NCBI RefSeq assembly: GCF_006345805.1
Contig: NC_042997.1
Span: 66,278,001 to 66,342,000 of the forward strand
Direction of reading: 5' to 3'
DNA length: 64,000 nt
Source of the DNA: Octopus sinensis
Taxonomy: Eukaryota
Below the pieces are notes generated by a model, which worked only from the letters and a program-made list of their open reading frames with translations, did not search any database and was not told the DNA's origin. The position numbers were made by a program, and so were the translations under genes. Positions 10,381 to 22,224 of the stretch are shown here, piece after piece (positions within the stretch are counted from its first letter, which is position 1; the number at the start of each line of letters is the position of its first letter).

Positions 10381-10451
10381 TAGCAGGCACACACATATAC
10401 ACATAAATTATACTACCCACATCCATTATTATACACAAATTATGTATATGT

Positions 10452-10840
10452 AGGCACAGGCATGGCTGTGTGGTAAGAAGCTTGCTTCCATTCTTTGTAA
10501 GGCCTTTATGGCCAATTTAACGAATAAAAGAAGCTTGCTTCCCACCACATCATTCCGGGTTGAGTCCCACTGCATGGCACCTTGGGCAAGTGTCTTCTAC
10601 TGTAGCCTCAAGTCAACCAAAGCTTTGTAAGTAGATTGATAGATGGAATATGAAAGAAGTCCATCATGTATGTATGTGTGTGTGTGTGTGTGCGTGTCTT
10701 TGTGTCTGTGCTGTCCCCCACCACCTCTTGACAACCTGTGTTGGAGTGTTTATATCCCTGGAACTTAGCAGTTGAGCAAAAGAGACCAATAGAATATGGC
10801 CACAGTCTCACAGCTGAAGCAAAAAAAAGATAAAAGATGT
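10452..10840 (+). mobile_element. tRNA-derived SINE, family A (bipartite, internal TA/TG microsatellite)
   Basis: A-box-like tggctgtgtgg and B-box-like ggtt(c/g)agtccc, then gcaccttgggcaagtgtcttc. Other copies are at about 7835-7985(-), 18280-18420(-), 20188-20600, 21800-21965, 23556-23945, 24108-24495, 32380-32532(-), 34350-34660(-), 37950-38325(-), 38347-38765, 41210-41525, 45015-45455, 50875-51225, 54230-54625(-), 57287-57640 and 58068-58460. Confidence 0.85.
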
Positions 10841-11181
10841 ACTATATACACATATAGTTCAATTTGAACATGATTAGTGAATGAGCCCCTTCTATGTGGA
10901 GGCGCATGGCTTAGTGGTTAGGATGTTATGTCTATTTACAAAATATATGCATAAGTGCAGGCAAGCCTTTGTGATAAGAAGTTTGCTTCCCAACCACATG
11001 GTTCCAGGTTTAGTCTTACAGAGGCACCTTGGACAACTATCTTCCACTATAACTCCAGGTAGCCCAAAACCTTGTGAGTGGATTTGGTAGACATAAACTG
11101 AAACAAGTTCATCATAGAAATAATACATTTCTAATCTCTCAGAGATTTATGCAGTATCAGCAGAATAAAGAAGGGATGAAG

Positions 11182-11472
11182 GCTACTGTTATTTAACCCT
11201 AGAAAACACTGTTTCCTGTTGGACTTGACACATATCCAGTGTCCTTGTTTTCAAAGTGGAGACAAGCACCTCCACCCAGCAAAGCCAGCATCCAGAGACT
11301 AGTTTCAGAGTCATTGCTCATCATCAGTCTGGAGTAGCATGGCTTGCTAGTTGAAACTAGTCGCTGGCTTTGCTGGGTGGAGGTGCTTGTCTCCACTTTG
11401 AAAACGTAAGGACACAGGAAATGTGTCAAGTCCAACAGGAAACGGTGCTTCCTAGAGCTAAATAACAGTAGC
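11182..11472. mobile_element. Fold-back element with about 110-bp inverted arms and a hammerhead at the centre
   Basis: 11182-11289 pairs with 11363-11472 (about 7 mismatches and one 2-nt indel). gactagtttca (11297-11307) also pairs with tgaaactagtc (11352-11362). Confidence 0.85.
11291..11333 (-). ncRNA. Minimal type I hammerhead ribozyme with intact core
   Basis: TCCAGA-CTGATGA-T-GAG-CAATGA-CTC-T-GAAA-CTAG-TC-TCTGGA. Helix I is 6 bp; helix II is GAG/CTC; helix III is the palindrome ACTAGT; canonical GUC cut between 11297 and 11296. Confidence 0.85.
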
Positions 11473-11808
11473 ATTCTTACCTTTCATGGGACTGTCACAT
11501 TAAGTTGACAACATACTATCAAGTTCATCATATATATATATTATTTAAAGTGTACAGTATTATATATCCATTACAGCTGATCTTATCAATCGGTTTTGTG
11601 CTAGAAATTCAACAGAGGATTAGGTAACAATCTGATTATGTAACTCTGCACTCATTAGAGGTAGTCAATATGGAATGAAACATGATGACCATATATATAT
11701 ATATAAAACGACCATATATATATATATAGCGGAGTAAACACATAAATGTGAAACAAGGTGGAAAAAAGAGTACTCAAATTGAATTGATATATCGGTTCCA
11801 TTCTAGCA

Positions 11809-11854
11809 AAAACTGTCTGATGAACGGCAACGAGAAACTCAGAGTAACAGATTT
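11809..11854 (+). ncRNA. Minimal type I hammerhead ribozyme in a (TA)n-flanked insert (about 11732-11888)
   Basis: aaaaCTGT-CTGATGA(11817-11823)-A-CG-GCAA-CG-A-GAAA(11834-11837)-CTC-A-GAG-TA-ACAGatttt. Helix II has a GNRA tetraloop; helix III is the near-palindrome ACTCAGAGT; cut after GTA at 11846. Confidence 0.75.
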
Positions 11855-11883
11855 TGTTTAATTTTCTGCTGCTTAAAATAAAG

Positions 11884-11914
<31 letters not shown>

Positions 11915-12139
11915 GCATGCTGTACATTACTGTCACCTTGCCTTGACAAGAGGTGTCTTTTGTTTCCAATATTCTGTAAAAATATGCCTAGTCACAGGAA
12001 AATATCTCCTTACTTGGAAACAGGTGAGGGTCAGTGACAGGAAAGGCATCTGTTGAAAATCCACCTGACCTGATAAATTTCATCTGACCCATGCAAGTAT
12101 AGAAAAGTGGATGTTAAAACAATGATGTACAGCCATAAA

Positions 12140-12180
<41 letters not shown>

Positions 12181-12619
12181 CAGTGCTCCATCATGGCCAC
12201 ACTCAAATGACTGAAACAAGTAAAAGAAAATAAAATATACTTACACACACACATATAAATTTCATGTTTGCTTATATTAACTGAAACAGTTGTTGTTTAA
12301 GGACATGTGTTTTCTATTATATATTACGCAGATTTTAGTTTGACCTCAGCATTACAAGTTTAATTATATATATAACTTGAGAGGGAGAGAGAGAGAGGGG
12401 GGGAATATGAGGAGTTTTTGCCAGTATGACTCAAACTTATAGGCATGCATTCTGAGTGCTCAAATAGGTGTGCCAACAAAATTCCAGTTTGGACAGCAGT
12501 AGAAGTTGTGGCTATGTGATTGTCTTGTTCAAAACAGCTGAAGGTGGCTTCCCTTTCAGTCAGTGTGTTTGCCTCTCCTCACTATTTTAACACACACATA
12601 CATACATACATAGTCTTTT

Positions 12620-13320
12620 TTTATATTTCTAATCGGCAGAAAGTTATAAAAGTGACTCAAGAACCAAGAGTCTCATGCATGGCACTTTTACCCCATGCAT
12701 CATTGGTCACCCTACCCCTTATCCACCATTTACTCCTCTACTCTATCCACTCTACAGTGGTTACCTACTTTTCTCTATCACCCTTACTGATCTTCCACTC
12801 AACACTTGTTCTTCATTACATTCAGTCCCCTCACCCCAGATGCTCTTGCAATCTCTACCCACTCACACTCCCATTCCTTCAGTCTCCACTCATTTCTTCT
12901 CACCTCATACTTTGAGGTTCCACACAGCCACCTCAACACCACTATTTTATGTCTTCCCCTGTCCTCATCCCAATTACACTTTTCCTCCTTTCTAAAACGT
13001 GAGTAGCCATGTAACCTCTCTACAGCAAGAAACCTATTCTGTCCAGGCCCTTTCTTTCATGCTTCAACCCCTCAAATTCAAGCATAAAGTGTCCTCTCTC
13101 GGGGATTTTAGTCTTGCAAGCTGATTGGCGACTTCACTAGTGCTGGTGGCACGAAAAAGGCACCCAGCGCACGTAAGTGGTTGGCATTAGGAAGGGCATC
13201 CAACCGTTAAAAACCATACCAGTGTAGACAGTAGACCAAGATGCAGTCCTTGCACTCGATGGATCCTGTCGAACTATACAACCCATGGCAACAATGAACA
13301 TGGACGTTAATGATGATGAT
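12620..13320 (+). mobile_element. RTE LINE 3'UTR and terminus with (GAT)n tail
   Basis: Same conserved blocks as 8250-9125; ends atggacgttaatgatgatgat. Confidence 0.75.
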
Positions 13321-13796
13321 ATGTATGTGTGTATGTATGTATGTATGTATGTATGTATACACACTCATGTATTGAGGTTTTATTCCTCCCACTTGTTTTA
13401 CCATACATACATGTTCGCTAAAACAAACAAGAGAAACTGAATTCAATACGTGAGTATATATACATATATACTTCTTTTTTATTTGTTTGGAATTTTCTTT
13501 ACTTTGCAATCAGTAGAAAGTTACAAGTGTGACTAAAGGTTCAAGAGCTTCTTGAAATGTGTCATGCATGAAAACACTCTAAGCCCTGAGTCACACATGC
13601 AACGTTCTGTTGGTTTAAAATATAATAAAGTACATATACACACACATATATAGATTCATATATATACATACACATGCATGCAGATATATATATTCATATA
13701 CATTCATATAAACATTCACGAATCGAACCAACGAACTAATGATTGTAAACCTAACACCTAAACCACTGGACATATATGTGTGTGTGCGTGTGTGTG

Positions 13797-13847
<51 letters not shown>

Positions 13848-14064
13848 CATATACATACAAACGCACATACACGTAAACAGACCCTATAATACTGTGTATA
13901 CAAAATAAGAGTCAATGTGTAAACAACTATCGTTTTATAACACATACACACACATGAGTGTGTGTATGAGAAAGAGATAGAGAGAGAGAAACAATTATAA
14001 ACACACGTTCAATGATATACATATAAGTTCAAGTACAACAGTATGTATGTTCACAACAGAAGAG

Positions 14065-14102
<38 letters not shown>

Positions 14103-14616
14103 TTATTACTTTCACCCCTTCACCCATTTTCAGTATATATGCGTATATGTATTTATATCGAGAGGCAGTTTATTTCTCAGTTGTGTTTGTATACATGAAC
14201 ACATGAATATATACAGTGTCTCGAAATAATCTGTTCCACACAATACTAAGGTGAACCTCGATGCATAATAATATATCTGTGTATGTAGCAAGGTAAACGA
14301 ACAAAAACAAAACTCTATTCATCGATAAATACTTTGGGAAATTTATTTTCACAATCTAAAAATCGTGTATTGATGTTATTTGTAAGCAAATAAATACATA
14401 TGTGTTTATGTGTGAGTTTGTGCGTATGTATGTATACGTGATTGATCGCAATACACACCTGCCTACATATGCATATATAACAAGTGTGCATGTGACTGAA
14501 AGTGTGTTTAAATTGACATGTAAATGTGTGTGTACATAGAGAGACAAATGTAGAACAAAAACACTCTTTCTCTTTCAAGAGCATCAGTATTCACAGAAAG
14601 GGGAAATTATATACAT

Positions 14617-14682
<66 letters not shown>

Positions 14683-14928
14683 CTATGTTGTATTTTGTTT
14701 TGTTTATATAATGATTGAGCATTGGCACGTAGGTATTGTTACAGTGGTTCGATCTTGCAATATTTCTGTACCTCTTTTGCTCAAATGACAACATCGCTGA
14801 GAGTTCAAATAAAAGTAAAGGAAAGGAAGTAGCGTGAGATATGAAATATGAATAAATAAAAAAAATTATATAAGACACCTATTAAGCGAATGTAAAGGTA
14901 AGCAATAACAATTTGAATTCCAACTTAC

Positions 14929-14949
14929 CTTAGTGTCGTCTTCCTCCAT
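14929..14949 (-). CDS. Candidate first coding exon of an unidentified gene (MEEDDTK, phase-0 intron)
   Basis: Minus strand ccGAAATGGAGGAAGACGACACTAAG|GTAAGTT: good Kozak context (purine at -3, G at +4) and a consensus donor. No downstream exon identified. Confidence 0.45.
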
Positions 14950-15126
14950 TTCGGATTCCCTTCTGCTCTGTTGTACACAGAGCACGTAAGTAATATGAAT
15001 ATCCCTCTCTTTTCCTTTGACTTAATAATACCCTGCAATAGGATTTCCAGTTAAGTCGACTAGAACTGTTGAAAGCAATAGTTTCGATTTAGCAGAATAG
15101 ACTGACAGTTAAGAAAGGATATATAT

Positions 15127-15159
<33 letters not shown>

Positions 15160-15580
15160 GGATTTAGAGAGAAAGATAGGAAGGAATGTGCAGCTCTGTC
15201 AGTCAGTTACAATAATAATAAAGCAACGACCGACACAGGTAGAAATAATACGGTAACAGTGTTGTTATACGTTTAAAAATTAACAACCATTATTAACAAA
15301 ATAAAAGTACGCTTTTTAGTTTTGTATCACTTCACTTCCCTGCAACGCTTAGAAAATATTAAACGTTGTTACTTAAGTTAGTCTTTTCAATATCGTTGCA
15401 ACTGAAGAATTAGCTCTTGGTTTCTCAGCATTTTTGTTTTGATTCCGTTTTGTTGCGTTTTTTTTTTTTTTTTCACTTTTTTACTCCCTTTTTTTTTCCT
15501 TTTACAATTGCTTTTTCACCCTTTTTTTATTATTGTTCTCCCTCTCTTGTAGTTTTTCTCGGCTTTTTTTTTTTCTTCAG

Positions 15581-15731
15581 CTTTGTTGTTAATTGCTATG
15601 TGTTCCTCTGTTTACAAGGGAGAGAGAGGCGAAAAACTTGTTGGTTTGGAGTGAGAGACTGAGAGAGTGAAGAGAGAAGAAGTAAGCAAGGAGAAACTTG
15701 CCAAAAAAAAAGTACTCTTCTGAAGACTGAG
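15581..15731 (+). other. Candidate non-coding (5'UTR or lncRNA) exon
   Basis: Long polypyrimidine tract ending ttttcttcAG (15580); donor GAG|GTAAGT at 15732. The only ATG frame stops after 18 codons. Confidence 0.5.
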
Positions 15732-17328
15732 GTAAGTTTAGACGAAGGCGCCTTATTTGTAATCCTCGTCTTTTTCTAATAGGTAAGATTGCATTGTTTT
15801 AGTTCATCTTATTTTTTATATTTATTATTTTTTCCCCCTTTAATCGACTCTCTTTAAGTTAGTAAACTCTGTCTTCTACTCCTCTGCCAGTTATTATAGT
15901 CTTCGAACTGCATCCTATCTATGTACGTTTCTCTCTCTCTCATCTGTAACTTAACTTGTGTCCTCTGCGTCAGAACACTGCATTGAGATCGATTCCGTCT
16001 CAGAGTGAGAGCGGTGTCCAACCGGTGCACAGTTTCTCTTTCCATAATCAGATTTGCTTTTACAGGAGTTCATATTTCATGTACTACTGCTTCACTCAAC
16101 TTGTTGCATCTTCTCTTCACAGCCGTAAACATACTGCTGCACACTGTTATGATATTATACTTCAATCTGCCTTACTTTATCTTCCTCTCCTCCAAACTTC
16201 GATTGTCATTCCAGTTTGTTTTATTGTGTTTTAAGTATCAATGTTTTAGTTCGATACAAAGACCAAGCCAACTCCGCCTTTTATTCTTCTGGGTTCAGTA
16301 AAACTAGTACCAGTCAAATACTCTCGTTATACACAACTATTTACCCTTCCTCCATGTGGCTACATTTGATGGAGTGACAGAAATGTTAACTCGTGAACCC
16401 AAATGTCGAAGTATATTTTGCATTATTCTGTCTATGTTTTGAGTTCAAATCTTGCCGAGGCCGACTCTTTGCCTTTCATGGGTTGATAGAATAAATACAA
16501 GTCAGGTGATCTTATTTACTGTTCTTAACCCAATCGACGTAATACCTTCCCTACAAATCTTTTCTTATGCATATGTAAGAAATCATTGTGATTGTATTGC
16601 TGTTGAGTTTAATATGTTTTGCTATAACTTCGCCTTTGAGAAAAGTTTGATAGTCACCACTTCTCGTTATTCTAACAGAAAACATTTTTGGAAAGGATTC
16701 CGTAATCTGCTTAGAGCTTGAACTATTGAACAAGTGTTTTGTGTCGTCATCGATATTTTCATAGAATGTCATTCAGTGTATTCCCATGATTTCGATTTGA
16801 AAAATCATGTGAACATTAACTGGTGACATTAATCTTACCAAATGTTGAGACTTGTTTTGTTAATCAATCTGATAACCTGTCAGGAATAATTTTGTCACTT
16901 TCGCTGTATGATTTATTTGATAGTTGGCTTGTATTGTGTCAATTTCTTGACATAAATACAGATTTGATTATCACATTTTCATTGCATATACAAACAAAAA
17001 AAAACTTAGGAAAACATACTTCATTATTTGTTATTTTTTACTGTTTTATTTTCTTTTAATTTTTTTTTCTTTCCGTTCAGCAAAGTTTTTACTTGTCAAT
17101 AAGGAAGTAATGACTAGTTTCTCCATCTTCTAAGTGTGTCTTCAACATACTTTGAAGAATACTTCTAAGACTAAATCCAAAATAAAGTTGTTTATTGCGT
17201 TCAATTCTCTTCATTGGCAACGGCTCAAAAAGAAAGAAATGGTTGAATGAGAGGGAAAGATGACTGATATAATGTCTGTGGTGACATATTAAATTGTATC
17301 AGTTGAATTGATGAATGTCATTTGACAG

Positions 17329-17534
17329 ATTCTGTAGTCGCTGGTACTGCTAGAAAGAGCAGCTAAATCTCCCACAAATCCTACCCTAACACCTTCAGAA
17401 AGGAAGAGCACGTAGGGTAATATAATTCTTGATGGACTGCTTGAAATAAAGGTTGGATGGTCACAACTAGAACTGAACAACAACTTTGAATTAGAAGTGT
17501 TTCTAATTAGGTGTTGACTCGATATCTGTGATAG
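17329..17534 (+). other. Candidate non-coding exon
   Basis: Acceptor tttgacAG (17328), donor TAG|GTGAGT (17535). Stops in all three frames. Unique, non-repetitive sequence. Confidence 0.3.
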
Positions 17535-18437
17535 GTGAGTTTTACAAGTACCATAACCCATCAGTTTGTTGGATATTCCTTAAAGAAAATCTTTAAATAA
17601 GGCACAATAAGTGTGAGGTTAAGGTTCTGGATTACTAACCTCTTGGTTGTAAGTTCAAAACTTACTTCAGTTAACGTGTTTGTGCTACTTTCTCAGCAAA
17701 GCTTGCTCCAGCTGGCCTGACTGTTGGTAGGTTCTTGGCCTAATGTATTCTAATTCTACTTCATGGTTGTGCAGCTAAAAATAGGAAGGTAGCATTTAAG
17801 ACAGAAATATGACCAACTGAGTCTACCTTAGGTTAGTACTTAACAAGTCATTAAGGAAGTGATGGGGGACAAATTCAAATACATAGAAATATATATATAT
17901 ACACACACACATATATATATATAGGACCCCCTTCAGTCATGAATTACCATGGGATTGCACCTAGAAAGTTCTCATCTGAGGAACAAGTCTGGACAAGGTT
18001 GTTTATAGAAGATCAGTTGCTGCCTATGCATACCAGCCTCCCCTCCATGCCACTGATGTTATCCAAATGAAAGGCAAAGGCTCATACAGCTTGGTAACAG
18101 TGATGTTGCATCTCATTTCTGAGTGAACTGGAGTAACGTGAAATAGAGTGTCTTGCTCAAGAACACAACACATAGCCCGGTCCAGGAATCAAATTCACTA
18201 TCTCATGATTGTGAGCTCATTGCTCTAACTACTGAGCCATGTGCCTTCACTATATATATATAATATATATATATACACACACACGCAACAGGCTTCTTTC
18301 AGTTTTTATCAACCAGATTTACTCTCAAAGCTATTGTAAAAGACTCTTACCTAGGGTACCATGGAGTGTGACTGAACCCAAAACCATATGGCTGGGAAAC
18401 AAACTTACAACCACACTCAATTATTTTTTCCTTCTAG

Positions 18438-18561
18438 GCCTCCAAGACTCATAGAAGGAAATGAGGAAATTAACAAAAGACCTGGCCAGGATGCTTCCCA
18501 CAAAGTGAACACTACTAAAGATGTATAAAGGCTAGGCAGTGATATTGAACTGGGTGACAGA
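18438..18561 (+). other. Candidate non-coding exon
   Basis: Strong acceptor ttattttttccttctAG (18437) and donor AGA|GTAAGT (18562). Stops in all three frames. Confidence 0.45.
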
Positions 18562-19604
18562 GTAAGTTTACTGAGTAGGCAATGATGGGATTTGAACTTA
18601 GAACACAAAGACCTAGAGCAATTACTGTAATATATTCCATCTGACATTCTAACAATTCAGCTAGTATACCACCCACAACCATCATCATCATCATTTAATG
18701 TCTGTTTTCCCTGCTGACATGGATTGAACAGCTTGACAGGAGCTGGCAAGGCCAGGGCCCACACTAGGTTCCATAGTCTGTTTTGCATTGGTTTCTACTG
18801 ATGGATGCCCTTCCTAACACCAACCACTTTACAGAGTGTACTGAGTGCTTTTTATATGGCACCAGCACCCACACCAATGCTCTTTACATGGCACGTTGGT
18901 TTTTGGATGTCAGTTCTGTTGTGGTGGGCAGGTCTTATTGAGTACATATATATCTCGTTGTTTACTTTTGGATTGCCATTGTAGGATATACATGAGAAAC
19001 TAGATCTGACTGGTTTGAACATGAAACAGATTTGGCCATTTTGGCCAATTTAAGTGCTAAAAGGTTAAATACTGAAGGATACATTGGATAGTCACAACTG
19101 GAATCTCTTTGATCATTGTTCTGCTCAATCGAGGTTGATCTAGAACTAAAATACAATACTTTGTTGATTCTATTCTCTCAAGGGTAAATGAGAGCCTTAA
19201 CTGGATTTGATCTCAAAATGTAAAATAATAAAGCCAAATTGCTCTAAGATATTTCATTACTAGAGTACAATACCATATATATATATATATATATTCATCA
19301 TATCATCATCATCATTACCATAATTTAACAATGGGTTTAACAGGATCCAATGGGCCCAAGGACTGCATAGTACTCCATTTTCTACTTTAGCATGGTTTCT
19401 ATGGCTGGATGCCCTTCCTAAAGCCAGCCACTTTACAATATGCACTTGGTGCTTTTTTTTTGTGCAACCAGCACGAATGCAGCTTGCAAGTTTGTGAACC
19501 CCAAAAGAGGTTGCTTTGTGCTAGGAGATGAGGGTTAAAGCATAAAAGAAGAGGCCTGAACATAGGCCTACCAAATTTGTCGAAAGTAAACACTTTAGGA
19601 CTTT

Positions 19605-19824
19605 GACCCTCTTAGCATTCAAACCAATCATATCTGGTCTAAATATTCTACTTGTTTTATGTTCAGACCAGCCAGATGCCACTTCTCACACCTACCCTGC
19701 AAGGTCAAATAAGCAGTCATATCATGAAAATCTCAAAGTTGCAAGATGATGCATGATTAATTCAAAACAATGTGAATAAATAAGCTTTACATTCGACAGA
19801 GTAATCTGAATGCTAAAGAGTTAA
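19605..19824 (+). mobile_element. piggyBac-type MITE
   Basis: Termini accctcttagcattc ... gaatgctaaagagttaa; aligns with 28525-28748. Further partial copies at 4190-4340(-), 37735-37772, 41868-42071 and 45745-45851. Confidence 0.75.
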
Positions 19825-19861
19825 TGTTTTAACTGATTGAGCTGTTTAAACCTATACATTA

Positions 19862-20128
19862 AATAGGTATTGTGATGGAAAATCACATTGACAAAATGTC
19901 TTCACTCACAGATATGTCAATCCCAGAAAACTGCAACACCTCTGTGAAAATGTTTACTGTTTAATAAATACAAGACCTTGAGACAGAGGTTTCAAAAATT
20001 CGGTGTGTAAGAGTGGTAGTTGTACTTAGGATCATCAGTGCTTTGAGGATATCGAATAGCACTCTTAAACACTGTGGTCAAATACCAGAAAACCCCAAAA
20101 AATTGTTCTCATGGGTACTGCCCATAGC
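19862..20128 (+). mobile_element. R4/Dong-like non-LTR retrotransposon relic, endonuclease C-terminus
   Basis: GIVMENHIDKMSSLTDMSIPENCNTSVKMF..KY(K)DLETEVSKI..VRVVVV..IISALR...QIPENP/KIVLMGTAH matches PDIV.......LIDMSIP...N...K..EK..KY.DL..EI..MW.....VPVIIGALG...QK..L.GTA.I. Confidence 0.75.
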
Positions 20129-21964
20129 CCCAGAAAAAAATAATCAACCTGAGAATATCTGAATCTTTTAATCTTTTTCAAAATTGTAAGCACAGGCATG
20201 GCTGTGTGGTAAGAAGTTTGCTTCCCAACCACATGGTTCCAGGTTCAATTCCAATATGTCATTCCTTGGGCAAGTGTCTTCTATTAAAGCTTCAGGCTGA
20301 CCAAAACCTTGTGAGCGGATTTGGTAGACAGAAACTGAAAGAAGCCCGTCATGTATATACACATATGTGTGTGTGTGAGTTTGTGTATGTGTTTGTCCTT
20401 CATCACTACTTGACAACTGGTGTTGGTTTGTTTATGTCTCGCATAACTTGACAGTTCAGCAGAAGACACCAATAGAATAAATACCTGGCTTGAGAGAGAA
20501 AAATAAGTCCTGAGATTCATTTGTTCAATCAAAAACCTTCAAGGTGGTGTCCCAGCATGGCTGCAGTTAAATGACTGAAACAAATAAAAGATAAAAGATT
20601 AAAACAAACTTTTAATGAATTGTTAATTCTCAGGTTTTGGCCTCCTTCCTTACAAAATTTCATTGCTACTTAGAAATAACACCCTCAGTAAAACATCCAA
20701 CTTGCTGACTCTGAGTAAGACTTGACACAGCTGGTATAAAACAAAGCAACAACATCAACGATAATAATAATAGCTTCAACTTTTGACACAAGGCTAGCAG
20801 TTTCAGGGAAGTGGACAAGTCAATTACATCAACACCAGTGCTCAACTGGTTCTTATTTTATGGACTCCAAAAGGATGTGAGACAAAGTTGACCTTGGAGG
20901 ACATGTGAACTCAGAACGTGAAGACAGACAGAATGCCACTAAGCAGTTTTCACAACATGCTAACAATTCTGACAACTCACTGCCTTAATAATAATAATAA
21001 TAATAATAATCCTTTCTACTGTAGGCACAAGGCCTGAAATTTGAAGGGAAAGTGATAGTCGATTACATCAACCCCAGTGTTTAACTGGTGCTTATTTTAT
21101 TGACTCCGAAAAGATGAAAGCCAAAGTCAAACTCAGCAACATTTGAACTCAGAATGTAAAGATAGACAAAATGCCACTAAACATTTTGCTCAGAGTGCTA
21201 ATGATTCTGCCAGCTCACCGCCTTAATAATAATAGTAATAATAATAATAATAATAATGCTTTCTGATTTAGACAGAAGGCCAACAATTCTGACAGTTTGA
21301 ACTCTGAACATAAAAATGGAGAAAATGCTGCTGAGCATTTTTGCCAGCTTGCTGCCCTAATCATGGGGTAATATTACCTTGGTTTTGATGACAGAAAAGT
21401 CATCTGGCCATGGTAAAAAAAAATTTGCCTCAATGAACTCCGTCTGACCCAGGTAAGCATGGAGAAGTGTATGCTAAAGTAATGATGATTTTATAGCTCA
21501 GACTTCCTTCATTTCTAATACTTTCCAGTTGAAGGCAACAGTAAAATGCGTTTATTGATTGATACTTTGATATGTTTATGGCTGTTTAGTAATGTTAATT
21601 TTGGACATTTATAAATCGTTAGAATGAAACAAACTTAACAGTTGATACTCTTTCTAAAATTTCAGCTGGGTAAGTTGATAAGGTGTTGATGATATTGTTG
21701 TTGTCTAACCTCATGTCAATTCTTATCAAGTAGACCTATGATCAAAAGCTTTCTATCCATGACCATCTTGTTTTCTTTCTTTCTTTCTTTCTGCTTTTTT
21801 GGCTCTGGTGTGAAAAGTTTGCTTTCCAATAACATGGTTCTGGGTTCAATCCCATTACATGGAACTTTGGGCAAGTGTCTTCTACTATAACCATTGGCTG
21901 ACCAAACCCTTGTGCATAGATTTGATAGATGGAAACTGAAAGAAGCCTGTCTTTTGTGTGTGTT

Positions 21965-21997
<33 letters not shown>

Positions 21998-22224
21998 AGT
22001 GGAGGGATATAAATATCCAGGCAGATAACGCGTTACTCTATGTAAAGTGCTAAGGCCGGTTTCTTTTGATGGTCTGTTTTAAGGTATATTTCCTAAAAAC
22101 TACCATTCGATATAACGGTATATTTCCTGGCTACTTAGAATGTAAAATCACAATACTGATAATAAGGACTTTCAGACTTTCTGCTTGGTTTATTCATAAT
22201 AATTGTCCAACACATGTTTCGATA

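Larger units (their letters stand above)
13700..16800. promoter_or_regulatory. CpG-retaining, repeat-poor zone; probable divergent promoter
   Basis: CG dinucleotides are visibly more frequent here than in flanking DNA, where repeats show CG to TG/CA decay. GTAAGT donors point outward on both strands (14928-14923 minus, 15732-15737 plus). Assessed by eye, not counted. Confidence 0.55.

Noticed and set aside
11577-11623. Plus-strand 47-nt exon-like piece (DLINRFCARNSTED*)
   Set aside because: Weak donor (GTAACA), no recognisable homology, and it lies upstream of the inferred plus-strand promoter.
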